DNA of 24,000 nucleotides from Candidatus Azosocius aquiferis (GCA_043390185.1 DAWERO010000001.1:317692-341691); one strand, 5' to 3'; counted from the stretch's first letter, positions 10,709 through 19,001 are shown. Program-made: numbers and translations. The notes: generated from the sequence alone by a model not told the origin.

Positions 10709-11146
10709 TTAAAATGGCTTAAAAATAACTAAAAAAACTATAATAATAAATAAAATAAAAGGAAATTCATTAAAAATTCTATAAAATTTATTTTTATATA
10801 AATTCATTTTATTTTTAAATTTAAAAAATAAAAAAAAACAAAAAATATTAAATAAAAACAATAAAAAAACAAAAAAAATTTTAATATATATCCAAAAAAA
10901 ATTTTTATATAAGAACCAAAAATAATATAATAATGAAAAACCAGAAAAAATTGTTAAAAAAAAACTTGGAATAATTATATAAATAATCAATTTTTTTTCC
11001 ATTAGCAAAAACCTATTATAACTAATTTCATCAAAAGAAATAGAATGATAAACAAACAATCGAGGAAGATATAATAAACCAGACATCCAAGAAACAAAAA
11101 ATATAATATGTAAAAATTTAAAAAATAACATAAAATTTAAATCCAA
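10709..11146 (-). CDS. hemJ: HemJ-family membrane protein (protoporphyrinogen IX oxidase)
   Basis: 145 aa, four or more TM segments; FLHIIFFVSWMSGLLYLPRLFVYH, MEKKL, and C-terminal FYRIFNEFPFILFIIIVFLVIFKPF match the HemJ pattern; adjacent to hemL. Confidence 0.85.
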   Translation of the reverse strand: MDLNFMLFFKFLHIIFFVSWMSGLLYLPRLFVYHSISFDEISYNRFLLMEKKLIIYIIIPSFFLTIFSGFSLLYYFWFLYKNFFWIYIKIFFVFLLFLFNIFCFFLFFKFKNKMNLYKNKFYRIFNEFPFILFIIIVFLVIFKPF

Positions 11147-11211
11147 ACAAATAATTTTAATATTTAAAATAATAAATAATTATGATATTAATTATAACAT
11201 AAAAAAAAATA

Positions 11212-12423
11212 ATGGTAATAAATATGTTAAATACAAATGAAATAATAAAAAAATTCATAAATAAAACAAAAGAAACATTAATAATTGAAGATTTAAAAAA
11301 AAACATAATGCTTAAAAAAAAATTAAATATAAAAATAGGGTTTGATCCAACATCACCAGACATACATTTAGGTCACACAATATTATTAAATAAAGCTAAA
11401 CAATTTCAAAAAAATGGACACAATATAATAATAATAATAGGAGATTTTACAGGAATGATTGGTGATCCTTCTGAAAAAAGTACAACAAGAAAACAATTAT
11501 CAAAAGAAGAAGTATTATCAAATGCAAAAACATACAAAAATCAAATATTCAAGATATTAGATGAAAAAAATACAAAAATAGTTTTTAACTCTACATGGTT
11601 AAATAAAATTACTACAGAAAATTTAATAAAATTAACCTCAAAACAAACAGTAGCAAAAATGTTACAAAGAGATGATTTTAACAAAAGATATACAAAAAAT
11701 AAACCAATTCATATTCATGAATTTTTATATCCATTAATTCAAGCATATGATTCAGTTATAATAAAATCAGATTTAGAATTAGGAGGAACTGATCAAAAAT
11801 TTAATCTTTTAATAGGAAGAAATTTACAAAAAAGTTATAACCAAAAACAACAAACAATAATGATGCTTCCATTATTAGAAGGAATTAACGAAACAGAAAA
11901 AATGTCAAAATCATTAAAAAATTATATAAGCATAAATGAAAAAGCAGATATAATATTTGAAAAATTAATGTCTATATCAGACTCACTTATGTGGAAATAT
12001 TTAAATTTACTATGTGACATAGATGAAAATGAAATAAATAAATTAAAATATGATACCAAATTAGGTAAAAATCCTAAAGATATAAAAATAAACTTAGCTT
12101 TCAACATAGTAAAAAAATATAATGGATACTCAGAAGCAAATAAATCAAAAAACAATTTCATTTTAAAATATTCAAAAAAAAATGACAAAAATATTCAAGA
12201 CTATAAATTAAAGCTAGAAAATGAAATAGATAACATAAAAATAACTGTTCTCTTAAAAAATATAAATTTTACAAAAAGTATTTCAGAATCAATAAGAATG
12301 ATAAATCAAAATTCATTAAAAATAAATAATCAAACAATAACAAATTCAAATTTAACATTCAAAAAAAATACATGTGTTTTTATAAAACTAGGAAAAAAAT
12401 ATGGAAAAATATCAATATTATAA
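11212..12423 (+). CDS. tyrS: Tyrosyl-tRNA synthetase
   Basis: IGFDPTSPDIHLGHTILLNKAKQFQ, GDFTGMIGDPS, SDLELGGTDQKFNLLIGR, EKMSKSLKNYI, C-terminal S4-like domain. Start could be the second Met (11224). Confidence 0.96.
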   Translation: MVINMLNTNEIIKKFINKTKETLIIEDLKKNIMLKKKLNIKIGFDPTSPDIHLGHTILLNKAKQFQKNGHNIIIIIGDFTGMIGDPSEKSTTRKQLSKEEVLSNAKTYKNQIFKILDEKNTKIVFNSTWLNKITTENLIKLTSKQTVAKMLQRDDFNKRYTKNKPIHIHEFLYPLIQAYDSVIIKSDLELGGTDQKFNLLIGRNLQKSYNQKQQTIMMLPLLEGINETEKMSKSLKNYISINEKADIIFEKLMSISDSLMWKYLNLLCDIDENEINKLKYDTKLGKNPKDIKINLAFNIVKKYNGYSEANKSKNNFILKYSKKNDKNIQDYKLKLENEIDNIKITVLLKNINFTKSISESIRMINQNSLKINNQTITNSNLTFKKNTCVFIKLGKKYGKISIL

Positions 12424-12834
12424 AAAAATATAATTTTTTAACCAATCTTCTAATATAATTGCTGCAGATAACGAATTTATTTTATATAAATTTTGTTTAA
12501 AATTTTTTTGTTTATATATATACTTTGCTTCCCAAGTAGTAAAATCTTCGCCAATTTCATAAATCGGTATTTTATATTTATGATATAATAATTTTTCAAA
12601 TTTTTTTACATTAAAAAATATAGTTTTATCATTTTTATAATAACCAAAAGATATACCGATTACTAATTTACATGGTTTCCAAAAATCAACTAATTTATTT
12701 AAATAATCCCAAGCAAAAATTTCATTTTTAACAAAAAAAGTTTTTAATGGCCATGCTCTGCACGTTATAAATTCTCCAACAGACAACCCAACATATTTCA
12801 TACCAAAATCAAACCCAAAAACTATATTTTTCAT
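12418..12834 (-). CDS. ruvX: RuvX/YqgF family putative Holliday junction resolvase (16S rRNA processing), with degenerate active site
   Basis: FGFDFGMKYVGLSVGEFITCRAWPL, KLVIGISF, SLSAAIILEDWL; co-oriented with and overlapping rsmE by ATGA. Confidence 0.85.
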   Translation of the reverse strand: MKNIVFGFDFGMKYVGLSVGEFITCRAWPLKTFFVKNEIFAWDYLNKLVDFWKPCKLVIGISFGYYKNDKTIFFNVKKFEKLLYHKYKIPIYEIGEDFTTWEAKYIYKQKNFKQNLYKINSLSAAIILEDWLKNYIFL

Positions 12835-13582
12835 ATATCTCCAAAATGAAATTGAAAAATAGTTATTCCAGTAAGAACCGCTGTTTCAGTTCTTAAAATT
12901 CTATTTCCTAAAAAAATTTTTTTAAATCCATTAAATTTTAAAAACAATAATTCTTTATCTGAAAAACCACCTTCTGCACCTATAATCATATTAATAACTT
13001 TATAACATTTTAAATAACGAATATTATTTTTTGCATCAATAGAAAAAATAACATTTGTAACATTAATATTACATTTCAAATAAATAATATAATTAATCCA
13101 TTTATATAAACTAATAGGAAAAAAAAGATATGGAATACTAACACGATTAGATTGTCTACATGATTCTAATATTATACGATTCCAATGAATAAATTTATTT
13201 TTTAAAACATAATAAGAATAAATAAAATTTGTCCTTTCAGAAAATAAAGGAATAATATTGGAAACACCCAGCTCAGTAGCTTTTTGTAAAGCTATTTCCA
13301 TATGAGTATTTTTTGATATAAAATAACCTAAATTTAAAACAATATTAGAAATTTTTTTAAAAAAAAAATTTCTAATTTTTTTAAAACAACATAATTGATT
13401 CCATATTTAATAATTATAGTTTTTATTTCAATATTATCATAATTAAATAAAAAAACTATATTTCCAATTTTTAATTTTAAAATGTTATGTATTTTATAAT
13501 AATAATCATTGAATAAATAAAATTTATTACTAATAAATAAATTTTTATCAAAAAAAAATCTATATTTTTTTAAAAAAGTCAT
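12831..13582 (-). CDS. rsmE: 16S rRNA m3U1498 methyltransferase RsmE, interrupted by an apparent frameshift at about 13336-13339 (track ORFs 13334..13582 and 12831..13301 are its two parts)
   Basis: C-part: MEIALQKATELGVSNIIPLFSERT...IILESCRQSNR...IIGAEGGFSDKELLFLKFNGFKKIFLGNRILRTETAVLTGITIFQFHFGD (SPOUT domain). N-part: RFFF...HNILKLKIGNIVFLFN...KKLEIFFLKKFLILF (PUA-like). Upstream reading in the C frame gives KFRLFISKNTHMEIALQKATELGV, which continues the N-part exactly. Confidence 0.85.
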
Positions 13583-13587
13583 AAAAT

Positions 13588-13911
13588 TTATCTTTCTAAA
13601 TATTCTATTTTAGATAAAACATTTTCCCATTTTTCTGCATCAAATAAACATCCTTTAGTTTCAGAAATTTTTGGCCATTTTTTAGATAATTCAGCATTTA
13701 TATCTAAAAATATTTGTTGATCAGATGGTAAATCATCATCAGAATATATTGCCTCAACAGGACATTCAGGTTCACATAAAGAACAATCTATACATTCATC
13801 AGGATTTATTACTAAAAAATTACTACCCTCATGAAAACAATCAACAGGACATACCTCTACACAATCAGTATATCTACAACGTATACATTTTTCTGTTACT
13901 ACAAAAGTCAT
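13588..13911 (-). CDS. fdxA: FdxA-type 7Fe ferredoxin (3Fe-4S/4Fe-4S); track ORF extends upstream to 13932
   Basis: [55 protein letters not shown]; Met at 13911 is preceded by a GGA-containing purine stretch and matches the family N-terminus. Confidence 0.95.
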   Translation of the reverse strand: MTFVVTEKCIRCRYTDCVEVCPVDCFHEGSNFLVINPDECIDCSLCEPECPVEAIYSDDDLPSDQQIFLDINAELSKKWPKISETKGCLFDAEKWENVLSKIEYLER

Positions 13912-14165
13912 TTTATTTCCTTTTAAAAACAATTATAAAAAATCAAATACTAATACAAAAATTGCTAAATATATATCATAATCAAATATTAATTAAAATT
14001 ATATTATATAAATAAAATATTAAAAAAAAACAATATAATAAAATTTATATAAAATATACAAAATTTAATATATTATCAAATATTATAAAATATAAATTAT
14101 AAATTTATTAATTTTAATGATAAAATATAAAAAATTATAACATAGATAAAATAAAAATATAAAAC

Positions 14166-15386
14166 ATGAAAAAATATTTAATAATAATATTAATAACAAT
14201 TTATTCAACTGCATATGCTAATTACCCAGTGACAAAAATTGTAGCTACAATAAATTGTGAACCTATAACAATGTGGGACATAAAACAATTTGGGTTAATA
14301 CAATTTTTTAATAAAAACAATTCTTATTTAATAAATAATACAAATATATTAAATAAATTAATTAATAAAAAAATTTTAGAAAAAATAAAAATTCAATATA
14401 TAAAAAAAATAAATTTAAAAATAGAAAAAAATATAATAGAAAAAACGATATTATTATGTTCAAAACAAAATAATTTATCTTTAAAAAAATTCATTAATTT
14501 ACTTAAAAAAAAAAATATTAATTACAATAAATATTATAATTTTATAAAAAAAGAACTATTATTAAAAAAATTAGAACAAAAAGAAATAATAAACAATATT
14601 AAAATAAATAAAAAAATAATAAATTTAAAAAAATTAAATTTTAATTTATTAAATTCAAATAAAAAAAATTATCATATAGAATTAATAATAAAAAAAAATA
14701 AAAACTATATATCAATACAGAATTCATATAATAAAATATTATCAATAAATAAACAAAAAAATCAAAATATAATAATTAAAAAAATAAAAATTAAAAATTT
14801 AAAAAAAAAAATAATATTTAAAATAAATTTCATAAAAAAAATACATACAAAAAATATACATAAATTTTTAATAAAATCAATATATTTAAATTTAAATAAT
14901 AAAAAATATAATCCCATAAAAAATAAAAATCACATATATGTGAATAAATTTATAAATAAAAAAAACATATTAAAAGAAAATTTTTACATAAAAATAAAAT
15001 ATTTAAAAATAAAAAAAAATAAATTAGATAAAAGTATAAAAAATAAAATAAAATTTATAAAAAATAATATAAAAAACAAAAAAAATTTTTCAAAACAATG
15101 CCTTCTTTTTTCACAAAACAAAAAAAATTACAACAAAGGCGGAAACACAAATTGGATAAATAATACAAAAATAAAAAATATAAAATTTTTAAAAAAAAAA
15201 AAAATAATTATTATAAAAAAAAATATAAAACAATATTATATAATTATAATAACAAATAAAAATACAAATAATAATCAATTTATAAAAAATAAAATTAAAA
15301 ATTTTATAATGTATAAAAAAAATAAAGAAATTTTTAAATTTTTATTAAATAATTTAAAAAAAAAAAGCATAATAGAATATGTATAA
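14166..15386 (+). CDS. surA: Highly divergent SurA-like periplasmic peptidyl-prolyl isomerase/chaperone
   Basis: N-terminal signal; TKIVATINCEPITMWDI (SurA N domain VD.I.A.VN.E.IT..D); NYHIELIIK and late KGGNTNWINNTKI (compare parvulin QGGDLGW); syntenic with ksgA-apaH. Confidence 0.75.
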   Translation: MKKYLIIILITIYSTAYANYPVTKIVATINCEPITMWDIKQFGLIQFFNKNNSYLINNTNILNKLINKKILEKIKIQYIKKINLKIEKNIIEKTILLCSKQNNLSLKKFINLLKKKNINYNKYYNFIKKELLLKKLEQKEIINNIKINKKIINLKKLNFNLLNSNKKNYHIELIIKKNKNYISIQNSYNKILSINKQKNQNIIIKKIKIKNLKKKIIFKINFIKKIHTKNIHKFLIKSIYLNLNNKKYNPIKNKNHIYVNKFINKKNILKENFYIKIKYLKIKKNKLDKSIKNKIKFIKNNIKNKKNFSKQCLLFSQNKKNYNKGGNTNWINNTKIKNIKFLKKKKIIIIKKNIKQYYIIIITNKNTNNNQFIKNKIKNFIMYKKNKEIFKFLLNNLKKKSIIEYV

Positions 15387-16185
15387 TTCAAAAAATAATA
15401 TAATATATATTCCTAAAAAAAATTTAGGACAAAATTTCTTAACTGATAAAAAAAAAATAGAAATTATAATAAATTTTTTAAATTTAAAAAAAAATGAAAA
15501 TATTATAGAAATAGGACCTGGATATGGTGCTTTAACAAAAAAAATATATGAAAAAATAAATAAATTATTTTTAATAGAAATAGATAAAAAATTATTTAAT
15601 TTTTTAAAAAATATATATATAAAAAAAAAACATATATATATATATAATTATGATATCTTAAAATTCAATTTTAATAAAATAATTAAAAAAAAAACGAAAA
15701 TTATAGGTAATTTACCATACAATATATCTTTAAAAATAATAGAAAATTTAACAAAGTATATATACGTAATAGATAAAATAAATATAATGATACAAAAAGA
15801 AATATACGAAAAAATTAAAGCAAAAAAAGAAGAAAATAAATTTTATGGAAAATTATCAATAAAAATACAATTAAATTACAAAATAAAAAATATTACTAAT
15901 TTAATAAATGAATCGTTTACTCCAAAACCTATAATAAAATCTAATTTTATACAATTAAAACAAAAACATAAATTAAAAAATAAATTAATAAATTTATTTC
16001 ATTTAAATAATATATTAATACAACTTTTCAACAATAAAAGAAAAAAAATAAATAAAATATTATCAAATTTTTTTCCTTATAAAAAAGATTTAAAAATAAA
16101 AAAAAATACAAGAGCAGAAAATATATCAATATATAAATATATAAAAATTAGTAATGAATATAGCATAAAAAATGAAATAAAATGA
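15379..16185 (+). CDS. rsmA: 16S rRNA dimethyladenosine transferase
   Basis: KKNLGQNFLTD, IIEIGPGYGALTKKI, IGNLPYNIS; 268 aa; alternative name ksgA. Confidence 0.95.
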   Translation: MYNSKNNIIYIPKKNLGQNFLTDKKKIEIIINFLNLKKNENIIEIGPGYGALTKKIYEKINKLFLIEIDKKLFNFLKNIYIKKKHIYIYNYDILKFNFNKIIKKKTKIIGNLPYNISLKIIENLTKYIYVIDKINIMIQKEIYEKIKAKKEENKFYGKLSIKIQLNYKIKNITNLINESFTPKPIIKSNFIQLKQKHKLKNKLINLFHLNNILIQLFNNKRKKINKILSNFFPYKKDLKIKKNTRAENISIYKYIKISNEYSIKNEIK

Positions 16186-16967
16186 CAACATATGTAATTG
16201 GAGAAACACAAGGATGTTATAAAGAATTATTATTATTATTAGAAAAAATAAATTATAACGAAAAAAATGATCAAATATTATTCACAGGAAACTATATTAA
16301 TAATAAAAATTCAATAAAATTAATAAATTACATAAAAAAAATGGAAAAAAATACAATATCAATTTTAGGAGAACAAGAAATAAAATTACTATCTTCAATA
16401 CATAAAAATAATAACAATATATTAAAAAATCATAAACAAAAAATAGAAATATTAAACTGGATACAACATTTACCATTAATTTATTTTAATAAAAATCATA
16501 ACTCAATTATAGTTCACGCAGGATTATATCCATTTTGGGAAATAGAAAAAACAATACAATATACAAAACAAATAGAAAATATACTAAAAACATCTGAGTA
16601 TAAAATAATTTTAAAAAACATCTATCTAAATAATTTAAATATTTGGAATAATAAATATGACCCAATACAAAAATATCAATTTATAATAAATACATTAACT
16701 AAAATGACTATATGTAATAATAAAGGATATATAAACACAAAATATAAAAATACAATTGATAAAATACCAAATAAATTTAAACCATGGTTTATGATAAACG
16801 AACATTTATTTGAAAAAACAAACATCATTTTTGGAAATTGGAAGGAATTATTAGGATTAACAAAAAAAAAAAATATAATATCAACAAATACAGGAGCAAC
16901 TTGGGGTTTATATTTATCAGCAATAAATTTGAACACAAAAAAAAGATATTACATAAAAAAAATATAG
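16182..16967 (+). CDS. apaH: ApaH-like symmetrical diadenosine tetraphosphatase homologue with substituted active-site motifs (possible pseudoenzyme)
   Basis: Collinear with ApaH over the full length: TYVIG..QGCYKELLLLL, WIQHLPLI, VHAGLYPFW, KNIYLNNLNIWNNKYDPIQKYQFIINTLTKMTICNNKG, KFKPWFMI, IIFGNWKEL, NTGATWG; located right after rsmA/ksgA, as in many gammaproteobacteria. Confidence 0.85.
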   Translation: MTTYVIGETQGCYKELLLLLEKINYNEKNDQILFTGNYINNKNSIKLINYIKKMEKNTISILGEQEIKLLSSIHKNNNNILKNHKQKIEILNWIQHLPLIYFNKNHNSIIVHAGLYPFWEIEKTIQYTKQIENILKTSEYKIILKNIYLNNLNIWNNKYDPIQKYQFIINTLTKMTICNNKGYINTKYKNTIDKIPNKFKPWFMINEHLFEKTNIIFGNWKELLGLTKKKNIISTNTGATWGLYLSAINLNTKKRYYIKKI

Positions 16968-17037
16968 GGCGTGTAGGATTTGAACCTACGACCAATGGAT
17001 TAAAAGTCCAGTGCTCTACCAACTGAGCTAACGCCCC
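16965..17037 (-). tRNA. tRNA-Lys (anticodon TTT)
   Basis: Minus-strand GGGGCGTTAGCTCAGTTGGTAGAGCACTGGACTTTTAATCCATTGGTCGTAGGTTCAAATCCTACACGCCCTA folds as a cloverleaf: acceptor GGGGCGT/ACGCCCT (position 1-72 is G-T), anticodon loop CTTTTAA, T arm GTAGG-TTCAAAT-CCTAC. CCA not encoded. Confidence 0.95.
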
Positions 17038-17112
17038 TAAATGTTCTAATAATATCATAAAAAAAAAAATACACAATAACAATTTATATAAATATAAATA
17101 ATAATTTTTTTT

Positions 17113-18915
17113 TTAATATTTTAAAATTATATTTATCCCTAAAATATCTAATTGATCAAAATTTAAAATAGATGGAGCTAAAGTTAACATACAATTTGAA
17201 GATTGAGTTTTCGGAAAAGCTATAACATCCCTAATAGATTTAGATTTAGTTAAAATCATTAATAATCTATCCAAACCTAAAGCAATTCCTCCAAAAATTG
17301 GAGCCCCAGATTTTAATGAATTTATCAAAAATCCAAAATCATTATTTATATCTACAACAGACATTCCTAATATTTTAAATATATCTTCTTGAAGTTGATA
17401 ATTATTAATACGAATAGACCCACCGCCCAATTCAAGACCATTTATAATCAAATCATAAGATTTTGATAAAACATCACCAGGAAAATTATTAATAAAAAAA
17501 TTATTATAATTATCTTTAGGACAAGAAAAAGGATGATGAGTAGAAGTCCAATTATTAAATAAAAAATTCCACGTAAATAAAGGAAAATCAATAATCCAAG
17601 AAAAATACCATATATTATTAAATTTTATTAAATCCAAAGACAACATTTGTAAAAATAAAAATAAAGTTTCATTTATAAGATCAAATTCATCAAATATAAT
17701 AAATACTATATCTCCTGAAAAAGACTTTAAATGTAAAACAATTTCATTAATAATTTCATAAGATAATTTACTATTATTAAATATTTTTAATTTAAAATTT
17801 TCATTATTTTTTTCAAAAATATTAATACAAACATAATTTTTTATATTATTTTCACTAAAAAATTTAAAATAATAATTCAAATTTATTTTACTCAAATCAT
17901 AATTTTTATTATGAAGAACAAAAGAAAAAATTTTATATTTTATATTTTTACAAATATCATTAAAATTTGATTTATAATTAACATATATATAGTTTGTGAT
18001 ATCTTTAAATTCAAAAAAATTTCTATAATCAGGTTTATCTGATTTAAAATAATATAAAGATTTTTTATAAGACAATTTAAAAAAAGGAAGAGAAACAGAT
18101 ACATTTAATAAATTAAAAAAAATTTCATAAATTAATTTTTCTATTAAAGAAATAATATAAAACTCATCAACAAAAGCCATCTCTAAATCTAATTGAGTAA
18201 ATTCAGGTTGTCTATCAGATCTCAAATCTTCATCTCTAAAACATTTAGCAACTTGATAATATTTATCAACTCCTCCTATAATTAATAATTGCTTAAAAAT
18301 TTGTGGAGATTGAGGTAAAGCAAAAAATGAACCAACATTAATTCTACTAGGAACAACATAATCTCTTGCTCCTTCTGGAGTAGATTTTGTTAATATAGGG
18401 GTTTCAATTTCAATAAAATTATTTTTATATAAAAAAAATCTCATTAATTTTATAACATCATTCCTTTTTTTTAAATTAAATTGCATATTTTTTCTTCTTA
18501 AATCTAAATATCTATATTTTAATCTAATTTCTTCACTTAAATTATGAAAATCATCTGGATAAAAAGGCAAAGGAATACAATCATTTATAACAATAATTTT
18601 AGATGCTGAAATTTCAATTAAATCATTTTTTATAATATTTTCATCTTTTTTTAAATCTTTTTTTAAAAAAACAAATCCATAAACTTGAATAACAAACTCT
18701 CTTCTAACTAAAGATATATTATAAAAATCTAAATTAGTAAAATTTAAAGAATCAGCTGTTACTTGAACAAATCCAGTACAATCTCTAACGGTAAAAAAAA
18801 TTATTTTACCAAAATCACGTATAAAATGTACCCATCCACAAATAATAATTTGTGATTTTAAATCACAAAATTCAACTTCACCACAATATTTAGTTCTAAT
18901 AATATTTAAAGTCAT
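17113..18915 (-). CDS. aspS: Aspartyl-tRNA synthetase (bacterial type)
   Basis: RTKYCGEV, VCGWVHFIRDFGKIIFFTVRDCTGFVQV, RYLDLRR, ETPILTKSTPEGARDYVVPSR, ALPQSPQIFKQLLIIGG, YYQVAKCFRDEDLRSDRQPEFTQLD, FGGIALGLDRLLMI. Confidence 0.98.
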   Translation of the reverse strand: MTLNIIRTKYCGEVEFCDLKSQIIICGWVHFIRDFGKIIFFTVRDCTGFVQVTADSLNFTNLDFYNISLVRREFVIQVYGFVFLKKDLKKDENIIKNDLIEISASKIIVINDCIPLPFYPDDFHNLSEEIRLKYRYLDLRRKNMQFNLKKRNDVIKLMRFFLYKNNFIEIETPILTKSTPEGARDYVVPSRINVGSFFALPQSPQIFKQLLIIGGVDKYYQVAKCFRDEDLRSDRQPEFTQLDLEMAFVDEFYIISLIEKLIYEIFFNLLNVSVSLPFFKLSYKKSLYYFKSDKPDYRNFFEFKDITNYIYVNYKSNFNDICKNIKYKIFSFVLHNKNYDLSKINLNYYFKFFSENNIKNYVCINIFEKNNENFKLKIFNNSKLSYEIINEIVLHLKSFSGDIVFIIFDEFDLINETLFLFLQMLSLDLIKFNNIWYFSWIIDFPLFTWNFLFNNWTSTHHPFSCPKDNYNNFFINNFPGDVLSKSYDLIINGLELGGGSIRINNYQLQEDIFKILGMSVVDINNDFGFLINSLKSGAPIFGGIALGLDRLLMILTKSKSIRDVIAFPKTQSSNCMLTLAPSILNFDQLDILGINIILKY

Positions 18916-19001
18916 AATATGGCCTTATACATAAAAAAAATAATAACAAAAATTGGAAAAATAAAATTTAAATATATAAACAAAAACAAATTCATAATAA
19001 A

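Noticed and set aside
11157-11363. 68-aa minus-strand hydrophobic ORF upstream of hemJ
   Set aside because: Mostly antisense to the tyrS N-terminal coding region; composition artefact.
11922-12188. 88-aa minus-strand ORF opposite tyrS
   Set aside because: Antisense shadow of conserved tyrS sequence.
13725-14015. 96-aa plus-strand ORF overlapping fdxA
   Set aside because: Antisense of the strongly conserved ferredoxin and its upstream region; His/Gln/Asn-rich low-complexity product without family support.
13934-14165. Non-coding region between fdxA and surA as a possible structured RNA or replication origin
   Set aside because: Very AT-rich divergent intergenic region with no stable stem-loop, iterated box or tRNA-like pattern visible by eye; probably only promoters.
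16676-17082. ORFs 16676..16936 (-), 16825..17082 (-) and 16838..17026 (+) around the apaH end and tRNA-Lys
   Set aside because: They read through the tRNA-Lys gene (e.g. AQLVEHWTFNPLVVGSNPTRP and RVGFEPTTNGLKVQCSTN are typical false translations of tRNA sequence) or lie within or antisense to apaH.
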